Notes: generated by a model not told the origin, from the sequence alone. DNA of 63,504 nucleotides, filler included, from Octopus bimaculoides (GCF_001194135.2; 4 parts of 4 records of this genome joined end to end with filler, not necessarily neighbours in it); one strand, 5' to 3'; shown: positions 25,146 to 37,742, counted from the whole stretch's first letter. Made by a program: numbers and translations.

Positions 25146-25390
25146 GGCATTAGGAAGGGCATTGGCGTTAGGAAGGGCATTGGCGTTAGGAAGGGCATTG
25201 GCGTTAGGAAGNNNNNNNNNNAAGGGCATTGGCGTTAGGAAGGGCATTGGCGTTAGGAAGGGCATTGGCGTTAGGAAGGGCATACAGCCATAGAAACCAA
25301 GCCAAAACAGACTGGAGCTTGGTGCAGCTTACCAGTTCCAGTCAAACTGTCTAACCCATGCCAGGATGGAAAGTGGATGTATGATGATGA
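25146..25390 (+). repeat. 18-bp tandem array (GGCATTGGCGTTAGGAAG, ~7 units) heading a family B element
   Basis: Directly visible; spans a 10-N gap. Confidence 0.85.
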
Positions 25391-26317
25391 TGAAGTGTAT
25401 TTTAATAAACACTAACTTTATAATCATCCAATGTGTGTATACCTTTTTTGGTATACTCTGCGCGCGTGTGTGTGTGTGTGCACGCATGTGCACGTGCATA
25501 TGTGTACACATGTGCATGCATGTATATTCATAAATACACATACATAGCAATAGGCAACATTTATGCCGACAATCCAAGACATTAAATTATATCCCACTGA
25601 GAAATGTCAGAGCATGTAAGTCATCCACAATAAGAAAGCAATAATTATGACATAGAGAACAAAGAATAAAAAAAATATAATACACTGCCTGCAATGAAGA
25701 AAATGCTATCTAAAACCATCTCTTATAGAAATTGAAGGAAAAAATAAAAAGTTCCCATAAATATGAAATTGAATAAAAAGAATTTAAGGACATGTAAAAC
25801 ATAAATATCAACTATGAAGTGTTTTACATAAGGAAAGCTTCATTCAATAACAAAATATGGCCATTGTTAGAAAGAAATTGCAACTTCAGTGTGGACACAA
25901 CAATATGAGGAGACAACTGCACAATATATCAATAATATTACTGATTTATTTGTATAAACGTAGGACTGTTGAATTGTAACATTTTCTATGTGTGAAATTA
26001 AGCAGCAGACCCAGACATTCCTCCACCATTATAAATAATCATGCAAAAAGGTCTTAGCCAAACATATACCGATTCTGTTACAAAATTTCCTATGAAGCTT
26101 CCTGATGTTTTTAAGGAAGCATAATTCCTCTATGCAAGAAAGCAGAATCTGGGGTATCAAAAATGGCAGACTTACAGCTGACTTTATATACATAAACAGG
26201 GTGAAGAAATAATAGGAGAAACCTTATAACATTTTAAGAAAAAAATTCTTGCTCAACAATGCTTCAACAATATCATAGCTGATGATCAAAGCAACCATTA
26301 AAGCATAAATTTGTTAT

Positions 26318-26660
26318 ACTCTTTACTCTTTTACTCTTTTACTTGTTTCAGTCGTTTGACTGCAGTCATGCTGGAGCACCGCTTTTAGTCAAGCAAATCA
26401 ACCCCAGGACTTATTCTTTGTAAGCCTAGTACTTATTCTATCGGTCTCTTTAGCCGAACCGCTAAGTTACGGGGACGTAAACACATCACCATCGGTTGTC
26501 AAGCAATGTTGGGGGGACAAACACAGACACGCAAACACACACACATATATATATACATATACATATATACGACGGTCTTCTTTCAGTTTCCGTCTACCAA
26601 ATCCACTCACAAGGCTTTGGTCGGCTCGAGGCTATAGTAGAAGACACTTGCCCAAGGTCT
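26318..26660 (-). mobile_element. SINE family A, 5'-truncated, well preserved
   Basis: Reverse complement of the consensus. Confidence 0.88.
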
Positions 26661-26899
26661 TCAGGAACTTATGAACCTAAGCCAAGTACCCTAAACACTA
26701 GAACACCTACTTTCACAGTCTAGCTGTATGACTTCTAAGAAATCATCAACTCAGAATATTTAATGAAATTATCAGGAGAAATTTACAATTGATAATAGTT
26801 CTCAAATATATCCATGGTTATCAATTTTATTATCTAAACCATCTGAGCTGAGCTAGTAATGTTGACTATCTGTTGGGGCAAGCGAAAGCAAAATCGTGA

Positions 26900-27238
26900 T
26901 GGTACCTGTGCCAAGCGTCGCCTTCTTGGCACTTGTGCCGGTGGCATGTGTAAAGACATTTGAGCAAGATCGTTGCCAGTGCCGCTGGACTGGCTCCTGT
27001 GCAGGCGGCATGTAAAATACACCATTTTGAGCATGGCTGTTGCCAGTACCACCTGACTGGCCTTCGTGCTGGTGGCACGTAAAAGCACCCACTACACTCT
27101 CGGAGTGGTTGGTGTTAGGAAGAGCATCCAGCTGTAGAAACTCTGCCAAATCAGATTGGAGCCTGGTGTAGCCATCCTGTTCGCCAGTCCTCAGTCAAAG
27201 CGTCCAACTCATACTAGCATGGAAAACGGACGTTAAAC

Positions 27239-27275
<37 letters not shown>
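26900..27275 (+). mobile_element. Family B retroelement, longer copy with internal direct repeats and (GAT)n tail
   Basis: Repeated gtggca(t/c)gtaaaa..cacca units followed by the family B 3' end. Confidence 0.88.
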
Positions 27276-27679
27276 TAGCCATAGTTTTAATACATAGATG
27301 GTCTACTGAAAGCAATAATTTAAAATTGAGCATTTTAAGCACTTATAAACTGGGCTACAGTAACCAATAATTCTGGAATCAAAATCTGAATGATACTGAG
27401 GAATAACACCATACAGAATACTATAAATAAGAGGGATTCTGACTATATTTAGGATACAGAAACAGTGACAGTGCTATCACAGTGTATTTTTTTTTTTCTT
27501 TGAGACATTTATAATTCAAGCAGAAAAACATTGGGTTTTTAGAAGCTGCATTATTGGCTTTTTAAAAGTTCATTTAGATTTAATTTCAAGCTTTTGTGCA
27601 TTTTGATCATGTTTACAGTGTCAGTCTTGCAACTATAGTTCACCCTTTAGTATTTAAATTATTCTGTCAAATGTAAAGG

Positions 27680-27985
27680 GTAAAGACTCCCTTCAGTCAT
27701 GTATGACCATGGGATTGCACCTAGAAAGTTCCTCTCAGAGGTACAAGTCCAGGCAAGGTTGTTTATGGATGAGCAGCAGTTGCTCATGCATACCAGCCTC
27801 CCCTTTTCATACCACTGATGTTATCCAAGGGAAAGGTAAAGGCTGATACAGCTTGGCACCAGTGACATCACAACTCATTTCCACAGCTGAGTGAACTGGA
27901 GCAACATGAAATAAAATGTCTTGCTCAAGATCACAACAAACAGCCTGATCCAAGAATTGAACTCTAACCACTGAGCCATATGTCT
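27680..27985 (-). mobile_element. CORE-like SINE family F
   Basis: Reverse complement of 63045-63485. Confidence 0.78.
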
Positions 27986-28370
27986 TACTTATTTACATTG
28001 TTTTGAATTAACCATGCATAATCTTGTAGCTTTGAGATTTCAGTGATGTGACAGTTAATTTTTAGAATGACATTATGAGGTAGGTGTGGGAGGCCACTTC
28101 TGGTCAGTTTGCACATAAAACAAGGAGAATATTTAGGTCTAATATGGCTGGTTATATTGTTAAAGGGTTATAGTTATACTTATTTAACACTCCATAGTAT
28201 ACATAGCCCTTTTGTAGTGTTTGATAATTAGAGTGGAAAAGTGTTTTTTTCATTTACACTCAAATGAAATGTGACAAAAAGCAGCTGTTAAGGTATTTAG
28301 TATGTTAAGCTGCATAAAAATAAGAAAGTGTCAATTTAATGCACTTTAATGTAAATCTAAGAATTCAAAC

Positions 28371-28541
28371 CTGCAAACCAATTTTCATCTTCACTTCGAA
28401 GTTCCAAGCACGACCTGTCATCTTGAGTTTCTTTCATTACTTTCTTTATTTTCTCCAACAATTCATCTCCAGCATCTGACTTCAAAATTTCTTGCAGATC
28501 TAAACCATCTGCCTTGAAGATATTTTGGATCATGTTCATTA
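28371..28541 (-). CDS. DFFB: DFFB/CAD internal coding exon (171 nt, phase 1-1; equivalent to human exon 3)
   Basis: Acceptor TATTTTGCAG, donor GCAG|GTTTGA. Translation xMNMIQNIFKADGLDLQEILKSDAGDELLEKIKKVMKETQDDRSCLELRSEDENWFA; the end matches human ETRAEDPPWFE(G) recalled from memory. Splices in frame to 23224. Confidence 0.88.
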
Positions 28542-29374
28542 CTGCAAAATACAAATTTTTGAGTATAAATTTAGTAAACTTAAATTAAAAATACATTTGT
28601 TAGAAAAATATAAAAATAATTAATTAACAAGCAAATATTTCCACACCACACCATATCTCTCTGGCAATCCTATACTGCTTGAAATTCCACAAGCCAAACC
28701 ACCCTTACTTATATTTATTTTACAGGTTGTTATGAACTTTCTAATCTAATGGAGTAAACTTTAATCCCCTCCCCTATCATTTGTTTATGTTTGCAGTGCT
28801 ATAAACATCAAATTGTTGAATTTTTGCCATTTACCCAGCTCTCTTTTTTTTTTAATGGTTTTGCTAATAATTCTTTAGGTGACAACTTATTCAATGATTT
28901 CATTGATGAATTAATGGCAGATAAAGTTTTAGAGATATGATACGTCAATCTATTTTTTTTATGCATACCTAACATCTGGTTTTAATCTGGTCAGTTCTTT
29001 GTCAAATGACTTGCACAAAATATCTCCTGAAGAACCCAAAACTTTTAAAATTATTATTGGTCCAAAAAATACACTTGGAATAGATGTAAAGTCTATATGA
29101 GTATTTGTTTTTTTACCTGTTTACAATGAGATTTCATTACCTAACAAATTCATTTTTAATTTGAAACAAAAGGATGGAGTCAACTTTCTTCCTATATACT
29201 GACATACGTACATGCCTGGGTATACTGTTTTTGAGCAGTGTTACAACTTACTTAATGAATAAGCTGCAAAAATCAGGAAAACTTATTTGTTTATATTGTT
29301 TTTATGTCCATGTACATTCATTACTACCAACATCTTTCCTTTTATAATCTTTTTTGAATGTATTGTTTTTTTTA

Positions 29375-30800
29375 TTATATAATTAGTCAGTTTAGATGAG
29401 ATGGAGTTTGAGTTTGCACCAGGGAAAAGCACCGCTGATGCTATATTGCTTGTAAGACAGCTGCAGGAGAAATATCTAGCCAAAGATAAACCTCTGTACC
29501 TGGCATGGAGAAAACCTTTGACAGGGTTCCCCGATCCCTTATCTGGTGGTCAATGTGGAAACTAAGGATACATGAGTAGTTAGTGAGAGTTGTACAAGCC
29601 ATGTACAGGGATGCTGCCAGTAAGGTGAGGGTTAGCAACGAGTACAGTGAAGAATTCTGGGTAGGGGTAGGGGTCCACCAAGGTTCAGTCCTCAGCCTCC
29701 TCTTATTCATCATAGTCTTCCAGGCAATAACAGAGGAATTCAAGATAGGATGCCCCTGGGAGCTTCTCTATGCTGATGACCTTGATCTAATAGCTGAGTC
29801 ACTATCAGAACTAGAAAAGAAGTTTCAGGTGTGGAAGCAAGGTCTAGAATTGAAGGGCCTTAGAGTCAATCTAGCAAAGACCAAAATCCTAGTAAGTAGG
29901 AAGGCAGACAAATCACAAACCCCATCAGGTAGATTGCCCTGCAAAATCTGTAGAAAAGGTGTAGGTAGAAACTCTATAAGATGTACCTGGTGTAAGCTAT
30001 GAACACATAAGAGGTGCAGCAATATCAAAGGAAGGCTAACTAGCAAGATAGTTTTTGTATGTGGCAGATGCTCAGTTGCAATAAACACTGAAAATGTGCA
30101 GAAAGCAGCTTCCAGCCCATGCCAGGGGGAAAAACTAGAAGTAGTTGATAGCTTCCATTATCTAGGTGACCAAGTTAGTAGCAGGGGTGGATACTCTGAG
30201 AGTGTAGCTGCTAGAATAAGAATAGCCTGGGCAAAGTTCAGGGAGCTCTACCTCTGCTGGAGACAAAGGGCCTCTCGCTCAGAGTAAAAGGTAGACCGTA
30301 TGAAGCATATGTGCAAACAGCCATGCTACATGGCAGTGAAACATGGGCCGTGACTGCTGAAGACATGCGTAAGCTTGCAAGGAATGAAGCCAGTATGCTC
30401 CGCTGGATGTCTAATGTCAATGTGCATACACAACAGATTGTAAGTGCCCTGAAAGAAAAATTGGACATAAGAAGCATCAGATGTGGTGTGCAAAAGAGAC
30501 AACTGCACTGGTATGGTCAGGACTGCTGTGTGAAAACATGTCACACCCTAGCAGTAGAAGGAACCTGTGGAAGAGGTAGACCCAAGAAGACCTGGGATGA
30601 GGAGGTGAGGCCCAACCTTCGAACGTTGGGCCTCACAGAGGCAATGACAAGTTTCCGAGACCTTTGGAGATATGCTGTGCTTCAGAAGACTCGGCAAGCC
30701 AAGTGAGACCATAACCGTGGCCTATGCCAGTGCAGGATAACCAGCCCATTCAAGAGTACCTTTCAATCATTGGGCAATAAACTGTACTTGTGAAGACCTG
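29375..30800 (+). pseudogene. 5'-truncated RTE-clade LINE: RT domain, C-terminus and 3' UTR, frameshifted
   Basis: GVHQGSVLSLLLFIIV, WELLYADD, GLRVNLAKTK, MLHGSETW, GRGRPKKTW. Confidence 0.95.
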
Positions 30801-31094
30801 TTAAGTCATGTTGATGTTTTTACATCTTCGTAACCTAGCAGTTTAGTAAGAGAGACTGAAAGAATAAGTACCAGGATTTAAAAAAATAAGCACTGGGGTT
30901 GACTCATTCAATTAAAAATTCTTCGAAGCTGTGTTCTATCATGGCCACAGTCGAAAGACTGAAGCTAAAAATATAAAATAAAAAGATACCGTTTATGGCA
31001 GTTGATTATTGTAAAGATTTAGGTCAGAGTAACCTAATAAATAATAAGAAATAAACTATTTCTTCATATACCCTGTCAAGTTATGCTCACTTCG

Positions 31095-31691
31095 TTTCTT
31101 TTCTGTTTTCACACAAGCTTTATATTCAGCATCTGTTTTCCTAACATACACAAGTATCACACAACATGATTTTCGCTATGAGAGAAGGATAGTCCAATCC
31201 TTGACAGCAGAGGTAAGGACTTCAGGAACATTTTCAGTCCCATGCTTATGCTTCTCTCTTCTCATTAGACCATCCGGATAATACAAACTGCCAACTTCTG
31301 TAAAGCTTACTGGGGAACTGTTGGGATATGAAGCATCCTAACTGACAGCAAATCCGGAATAATTCTATTACAGATTAGAAACAGGAGTTCATTTAATTTC
31401 TTTTCTGCTTTCACTCAACATCTTTATATTTAGTGTCTGTTTTGCTAACATACACAAGCATCACGCATGATTTTTCTCTCTGAAAAGATAGATAATCTAA
31501 TTCTTGCCAGCAGAAATAAGGGCTTCTGGAACATTTTCAGTCCCATGCTTACACTTCTCCCTTCTGATTAGATCACCTGAGCAATATTAACTTCCAATTT
31601 CTGTGAAGTTTACTAGGGAACTGTTGGGATGTGAAGTATACCAACTGAAAGCCAATCCTGTATAATTCTCTTGCAGATTAGAAACAAAAGT
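31095..31691. repeat. Diverged 302-bp tandem duplication (31095-31390 / 31397-31691)
   Basis: Shared blocks ctaacatacacaag, ggaacattttcagtcccatgctta, ggaactgttgggat, cagattagaaaca. Confidence 0.9.
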
Positions 31692-32379
31692 TGAGAAATG
31701 AATCCTGTCATACACCTACCAGCACATTAAATTCCTCACTGAATTTATTGCTAATCTGTTACTGACTTTCACTTTGCTGATAGTGCTCCTGCACACAGCA
31801 TGCACAGTTCTAAAACACCAATTGTTTACACTATCTAACACTTAAGCAATCAGTCATGCATTAGTAACCACAACCTGCTTCCTCATCTAAACTAATTTTC
31901 TTCCTAATAGGCTGTACTATAACTCCTTCTGCTACTTGCATAATTTAGTTGGTTTATCTAATTTATTAATTTATGCTTGGTTCATTGCTTCATTATAGAG
32001 CATTTCCTTTGCTCTTGTAACAGTTGGCAATATTACTATGTCAGTCATCAGAATGACATCTCCCTGAACCATCCATCCATCCATACATATATACATACAT
32101 ACAACCATACATACATCCATCCATACATACATACATACATATATATATCAGGAAGTTGATTGTTATGGCCGGTGAGTGACCATTGGTTTCACACCTATAA
32201 AGCGCATGGCTGAAGGTACATAACCTCTCTACAATTTAAGGAAGACATCATAGTCAGTTAATTTTATAAACAAAAATACTTCTGGAATGGTTGTACAGGT
32301 GTAACAAGTGGCACGGGGTTATCTCCCATACATCAGTTCCAGCCATGGTGATATTCGAAGACACTGGAACAGTTCCATT

Positions 32380-33625
32380 CAACGAATGGGGAATTCCAAG
32401 CATGTAACAGGAAATGTCTTAGATGAGGCCATTGACTAAATACTTCTTACCTGGAGTTTAAAAAGGTCCCTGGGTCCATCAAGTTTTATAGGATTCTCTC
32501 TCTACCAAGCAAAGCTAACATCATTTGCTCCAATTTATATAAGTTCCTGATTATTCAAGGAACTTCCATTTAATTATGTATTGGATTCCTTCCTCTTTTA
32601 AGTGCCATTCATGGCTGGTTAGGGACATGATGTTGCTCCTTTCTGGTATCCTAAAAGGGGAACTGTGGTTGTTCAGACATTGCTTATGTCTGTGCACTGG
32701 ATGTGCTACCACTGCTATTTCTTCATTAACTTCAGGCCTGATTTTATTGTTGTTGCTGGAGTAACTGCTGATGTTGTTATTCCCAGACGTGATCCCGGTG
32801 GTTCAGTAGTTGCTGGCTTAGCCGCCGTTTCTAGGCACAACATTGGTGATGTTGCTGCCATTGTAACTGTTGGCATTGTTGTCTGCTGCTTGATGTGCTC
32901 TCACCATCACCACTGCCATTGTTGTTGCCATTGCTGCTGTTGTCAGCAGATATGTCATAGCTGCCTATGCTGTTACTCTGGTTGTCATGGTGGCAACCAC
33001 CTCAGCTTCATACATGACCTCCTTAGCTTCACATCGATCTCCCCATACACCCACACACACTGGGAAGTCATCTCTGCTTGCAGAGTAGGGGTGCTCACTA
33101 AAATTTCTTAATTCTGGGTGCACAACTATAAGAGACTCTTTAGTTGTGCCTTTTAAACAATTCTTTAGTTGTATCTTTTAAACAATTCTTTAGTTGTGCC
33201 TTTTAAACATCCGTATCTGTGTAACTGTGAAGTGTTTGTCCATTAATCTAAGGATAATTCTTCCCACACAAGTCTTAACATTGAGAGAGAAGTGTGGGGA
33301 AAACCAAACGACTTAACAACTTTACAGTGGCACTTCCTTTCCTGGGTGGCAAGGCCTAGCATATAGATGCAATCCTTAAACTCATTGAATATCAGAGCTG
33401 CATTGTAATAGGGGGCCTAGCATAAAAAATCTCTTGATTTGAGGACAGGTTCAAGATCCACTTGCTGACACCCTTCACTAGGAATCTGAACGTGACAGGA
33501 GCTGTGTTGATATAGGACAGCTTCTCGTTTGGCTGGGCCTGTATGAGCAACAGCCTCTTGTCGGTTGGGCCTGTAGGAGCAGGAGCCCAAGTCTAATGTA
33601 ACATCTAAAAATTTTACAACCCCCA
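32380..33625 (-). pseudogene. Penelope-like element fragment (RT C-terminus, low-complexity linker, GIY-YIG end)
   Basis: KFLDVTLDL, APYYNAALIFNEFKDCIY, SLNVKTCVGRIILRLMDKHF, WHLKEEGIQYIIKWK, LCLVERE, FLNSR. Confidence 0.82.
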
Positions 33626-33654
33626 CCCTCACCTCACCACACCTCCGTCTGGCT

Positions 33655-33955
33655 TCCATACCGACGGCACGTAAAATGCACCATCCAAATGTGATTGATG
33701 CCAGGGGTACCTCACTGGCTCCCATGCCAGTGGCACATAAAAAGCACTATCCGAACACGATCGATGCCAGGGCTGCCAGACTGGCTCCTGCGCTGGTGGC
33801 ACATAAAAAGCACCCACTACACTTTTGGAATGGTTGGTGTTAGGAAACATTGCCAGATCAGATTGGAGCCTAGTGCAGCCGCTGGCTCTCCAGACTTCAG
33901 TCAAACTGTCCAAACCATGTCCACATGGAAAACGGATGTTAAACGATGATGATGA

Positions 33956-33960
<5 letters not shown>
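33655..33960 (+). mobile_element. Family B retroelement
   Basis: Internal repeats plus the family B 3' end and a (GAT)n then (TA)n tail. Confidence 0.85.
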
Positions 33961-33999
<39 letters not shown>

Positions 34000-34954
34000 C
34001 AAACAATTGATATGGAAGGTGAAGTGTAACTAAAAGTTTTATTTAGCACAACAATCGTTTTGGCTGCCTTCTGCACTGCTCCCTAGTGGGTGGGGAATGA
34101 TGTAATGACATCAGATGCATCGCACAGAGCAGGTGATGTAACAAAAGTTAAGATTTACATTTTGCTCCAAGTTAGATGCTGCTGGTATTATTGTGTGTTG
34201 CTAGTAGTTCACACACATTGGTGAAAAGAGGATACTGGTGGTCAAGAAGTGGTTGATAAAAAAATAAAAAATACAAAGAATCTAATGTGAATGGTGGGAG
34301 GTTATACTTGTGGTCAGGAAGTGGTTGATAAAAAATATAAAGTACAAAAAATCTAATGTAAATGGGAGAGGTGTGTTTAAGGTATTGGACTGAAAGGCCC
34401 TAAAGTGTGTGAAAACCTTTGATGGCTGGCTATGGCAGTCATGCATGACAGTGTGATCAAGATTTTAGTGGGGGTGTAATTTCCGTCTTTAGACTTGATG
34501 GCTGCTTACACCAACACACACATATACGCATATACATATGTGTGTACGCGCAAATAATGATGGTACAAATAAAGAGGAAGAAGCAACCACTAAAGCATGC
34601 AAAATATCCAACGGAATTTTTCATTCATTAACATTTCCAACCCATTGAATAAGCAATATTTAACCCTTTAGCATTCAAATGGAACAGAGCTATATCCAGC
34701 CCAAATATTCTTCCTGTTTTATGTTCAAACTGCTTCATCTTGTGCCTACCCAACTATGTTATTCTAAAACTAAGCAAACACATTATCAAAATCTCAAAGT
34801 AATGAGATTTTGATTAATTCAAAACAATGTGAATAAAGAAATATTATATTTGACAGTGTAATCATTTGATAAAGAAAATAAAATACTTTATCTACAAAAT
34901 GAAATGGTACACTTATATTTTCAACAAAAGAACATGGCAGAATGATGCTGATTG

Positions 34955-35360
34955 CAAGTATGGTTTCATGTGTAGAAAGAATTCTCCAGCCAATAAAGAA
35001 TTAGAAACTTTTGAAAGAGATCTTTTTGGAACTAATAAAAATAAAAAAATTCCACAAAGTGAGTAATGGATTCCAAAATACTCTCAAGGGAAGTCTACAT
35101 TTCATGAGAAATTCCAACAAAATAAAATATTAGCAGTAAACAAAACTGCAAATTTAATTTTATATCATCCAATTTTACCCATTGATAACAAGACCTCTGC
35201 TACTTAAGGCCCTATTTTAGCTAGAAAAAAAAGTGTGCTGTAACTGACTCAGATACTGACATGATATTGCATGCCAGGAAATCTTTACCGCTTTTAATGA
35301 TTCTACCTCGTTCAAGAAAAATGGTAAACTTTCAGTTGACATAACAATGGATCAGAATTG
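34955..35360 (+). pseudogene. Penelope-like RT N-terminal fragment
   Basis: YGFMCRKNSPANKELETFERDLF and HARKSL...KKNG...DITM resemble Penelope RT motifs. Confidence 0.65.
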
Positions 35361-35782
35361 TGTGTTCATAGGGATATGTATTTTACATTGCATAATATAT
35401 ATTTCTCTTTTTAGAATCAGGTCTATACTGGGATGACTGCTTTATTGTCACCTACTACATCAAGAGGCAGGACCTTGATAAGCTTCAGAAGAATCTTATT
35501 CTTCTAATGCATTGTCTTTACATTCTCCATGCTGTTGTTGCAATTTGCTGCCCCCAACTTTTCTCCTCAGTAGCTGCAGGCATATCTTATCGTCTTGAGA
35601 AGGGTGCTTAAAATAAACACATCACTAATTTAATTTCCAGTACTTAAAGGCATAAACAAGTGATTTTCGATTCAGAATGAGACTGAACTTTCGTTTTCTG
35701 CTGAGTTTTTCATTGTTTATATACTAACTACAAGGTGATCAAGCTTTGAAATCAATCACAGTTTCTTTTGACTTTTTACTGA

Positions 35783-36203
35783 ATGAAAATGGCTGCCCCT
35801 GCATTTGAAGCTTTTCTAGAAGAAATCTTGTTTGATTCCAACTCAGAAGACAATTTTGAAGGATTTACTCAGGCAGATATCAATGGTAAAATTATTCAAC
35901 GTGATGATGAGGATGTAGACTGTGCTTACAGTTATATTGAGAACAATGTGCCAAGTGGATACTATCACCCATGGCTGGCTGATTTAAGGAAAGTACTGAC
36001 CCCAAAGAGGTACATTTCTTATGCATTACATAAAAATAGTATTCATCCATTACTTTATTAGTATGCAAAGCATCAATATGTACACACAATACAACGACAG
36101 TTATAACAATTTTAAAACAGTAGGTGCTCATGTCTTTTGTTACCTCAAAAATAATGTGACAAGGGAAACTATTCTTGGGGTAAAACAGTGTGCTAAAGGT
36201 TAA
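35783..36203 (+). mobile_element. piggyBac-like remnant: acidic N-terminal ORF and TTAA right end
   Basis: ORF ...EEILFDSNSEDNFEGF...HPWLAD resembles PGBD N-termini; terminus TGCTAAAGGTTAA at 36191-36203. Confidence 0.5.
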
Positions 36204-36879
36204 AGATCACGATTGAAATCAACTTCAGTGGTATTAACCTATTTGACATCAATTTAGAAATGTGATCTAGCACCCTTACCATAATCCTACCAAAAGGCTA
36301 TACTATAATACTAAGGGTTCTAATCACTCACCCTGTATACTTAAGAATGTGGTCAGTAACATAGGTAAGTTACCTCCTTGTCATTGAAGTGGCATTTAAC
36401 AATAGCTATGGGGGGGGGGGGACAAAGATGCAGTCCACTCTGACTGACACTTTTATCAGGTGGCACTTGGCAGGTGTGGGTGGGGCATCTGCTGCATGAA
36501 ACTGTTTAGGTTTGGCAGCCCAAGAAGCTGAGAGGAGACAAACCTAAAGGACTGCCCTGGGTAGCACACACTGGCTAAACTTCTGATTTGCAATGCTGCA
36601 AGTGAATACAACCATGGAGATTGCACAGAAGTATAAGTAAAAAAGTTTTGTTGAATAACATTTATCTTGAGAATTAGGGCTAAAACAGCAAGAGATTTTA
36701 TAAGTTTTCTATCAAAGCGTTTTCCCAGAAATATATAGCAGAATGTTTAGCAGAAAATCTCTGAAGATTAGCTGTTCTTGCTGCAACAACTTTGTCTAGT
36801 TCATTAACCAGCACAATATTAGTAGGCTCAACAAATGTAATGGATATGATGATGGTCCTTAAATGTAATTTCAATGACC

Positions 36880-37310
36880 TCAATTCCTGCCCTCTAAAGG
36901 TAACTTCCTGATCAAAAGAATTGTTTAAATGACTAAAGTTATGGATTGAATATACTCCTACATACAAAACATATACTGGAGCTACAGAAAACAGCTTCAA
37001 AACTTATCAATGATCGACCATTTGATTTCAAACTTCATCCCTTTTGACATAGGTTTGAATATGTATTCAACATAAGAGGTGGACAGCCAAAGTATGCTGT
37101 TATTAAATAAGTGTAGGTGCATCTTCCTTTTGATGAGGTATCCTACATAGTAGATGATAGATCCTACATAGTATCTCAAGGCATTACATGTCACAACAGT
37201 GCACTTGTTGACAATAATTTTCCTCACATAGTTCCCATTTTACAGGCAGGTTTAGATGACTCACGGTTACATTTATGTAGACCATTAACCAAAATGTTTA
37301 TGGATTCATA
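36880..37310 (-). pseudogene. Penelope-like GIY-YIG endonuclease fragment
   Basis: KCNRESSKPACKMG...RYYVG...KGMKFEIKWSIIDK. Confidence 0.62.
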
Positions 37311-37705
37311 GTGATTTTCTTGTAGGGATGAGCTGACAGTTGGTTCATTTTGATTTTATTGAAGCCTGGGGTATGTATTCGTTTCAGCCATGCAGCTGCA
37401 GTCATGCTGGAGCACCACTGTAGTGCTGGAACAACACCAGTGTCCTTCTGATGCAATGCAAATGTATAATTGAGGGAGTGTGCAGACCTCCATTTTTTTC
37501 TGGTTTATTTATTTACTGATTTCTTGTTCTGGCTTTTTCCTTTGTGAATTGTGTATGTGCTCATGCGTGTGTGCATGTAAGTGTGAATTTGTTTGCATGC
37601 GCGCGCGCGCGTGTATGAATGTGTCTGTGTGCGTGTTTTTTCTATCAGACGATTGATGAAAATTAATTTTCAACAGAGAGATTCAATAATGTTCTAATTC
37701 AATGT

Positions 37706-37742
<37 letters not shown>

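Noticed and set aside
28357-28370. Read-through past the exon donor gives GLNS*, resembling vertebrate GLES
   Set aside because: It stops after four codons, and the real 80-nt exon at 23224 supplies the homologous segment; treated as coincidence.
28969-29092. Open minus-strand segment with a GTATGC donor as candidate DFFB exon 2
   Set aside because: No EDGT/YF CIDE-N motifs, and it ends in phase 2 while the next exon needs phase 1.
31158-31365. H/ACA snoRNA call on the plus strand (H box AGACCA/AGATCA, ATA tail)
   Set aside because: Stems contain several A-C mismatches on this strand, it is antisense to the only identified host gene, and there is no canonical ACA after the second hairpin. 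Kept only as an unclassified structured candidate.
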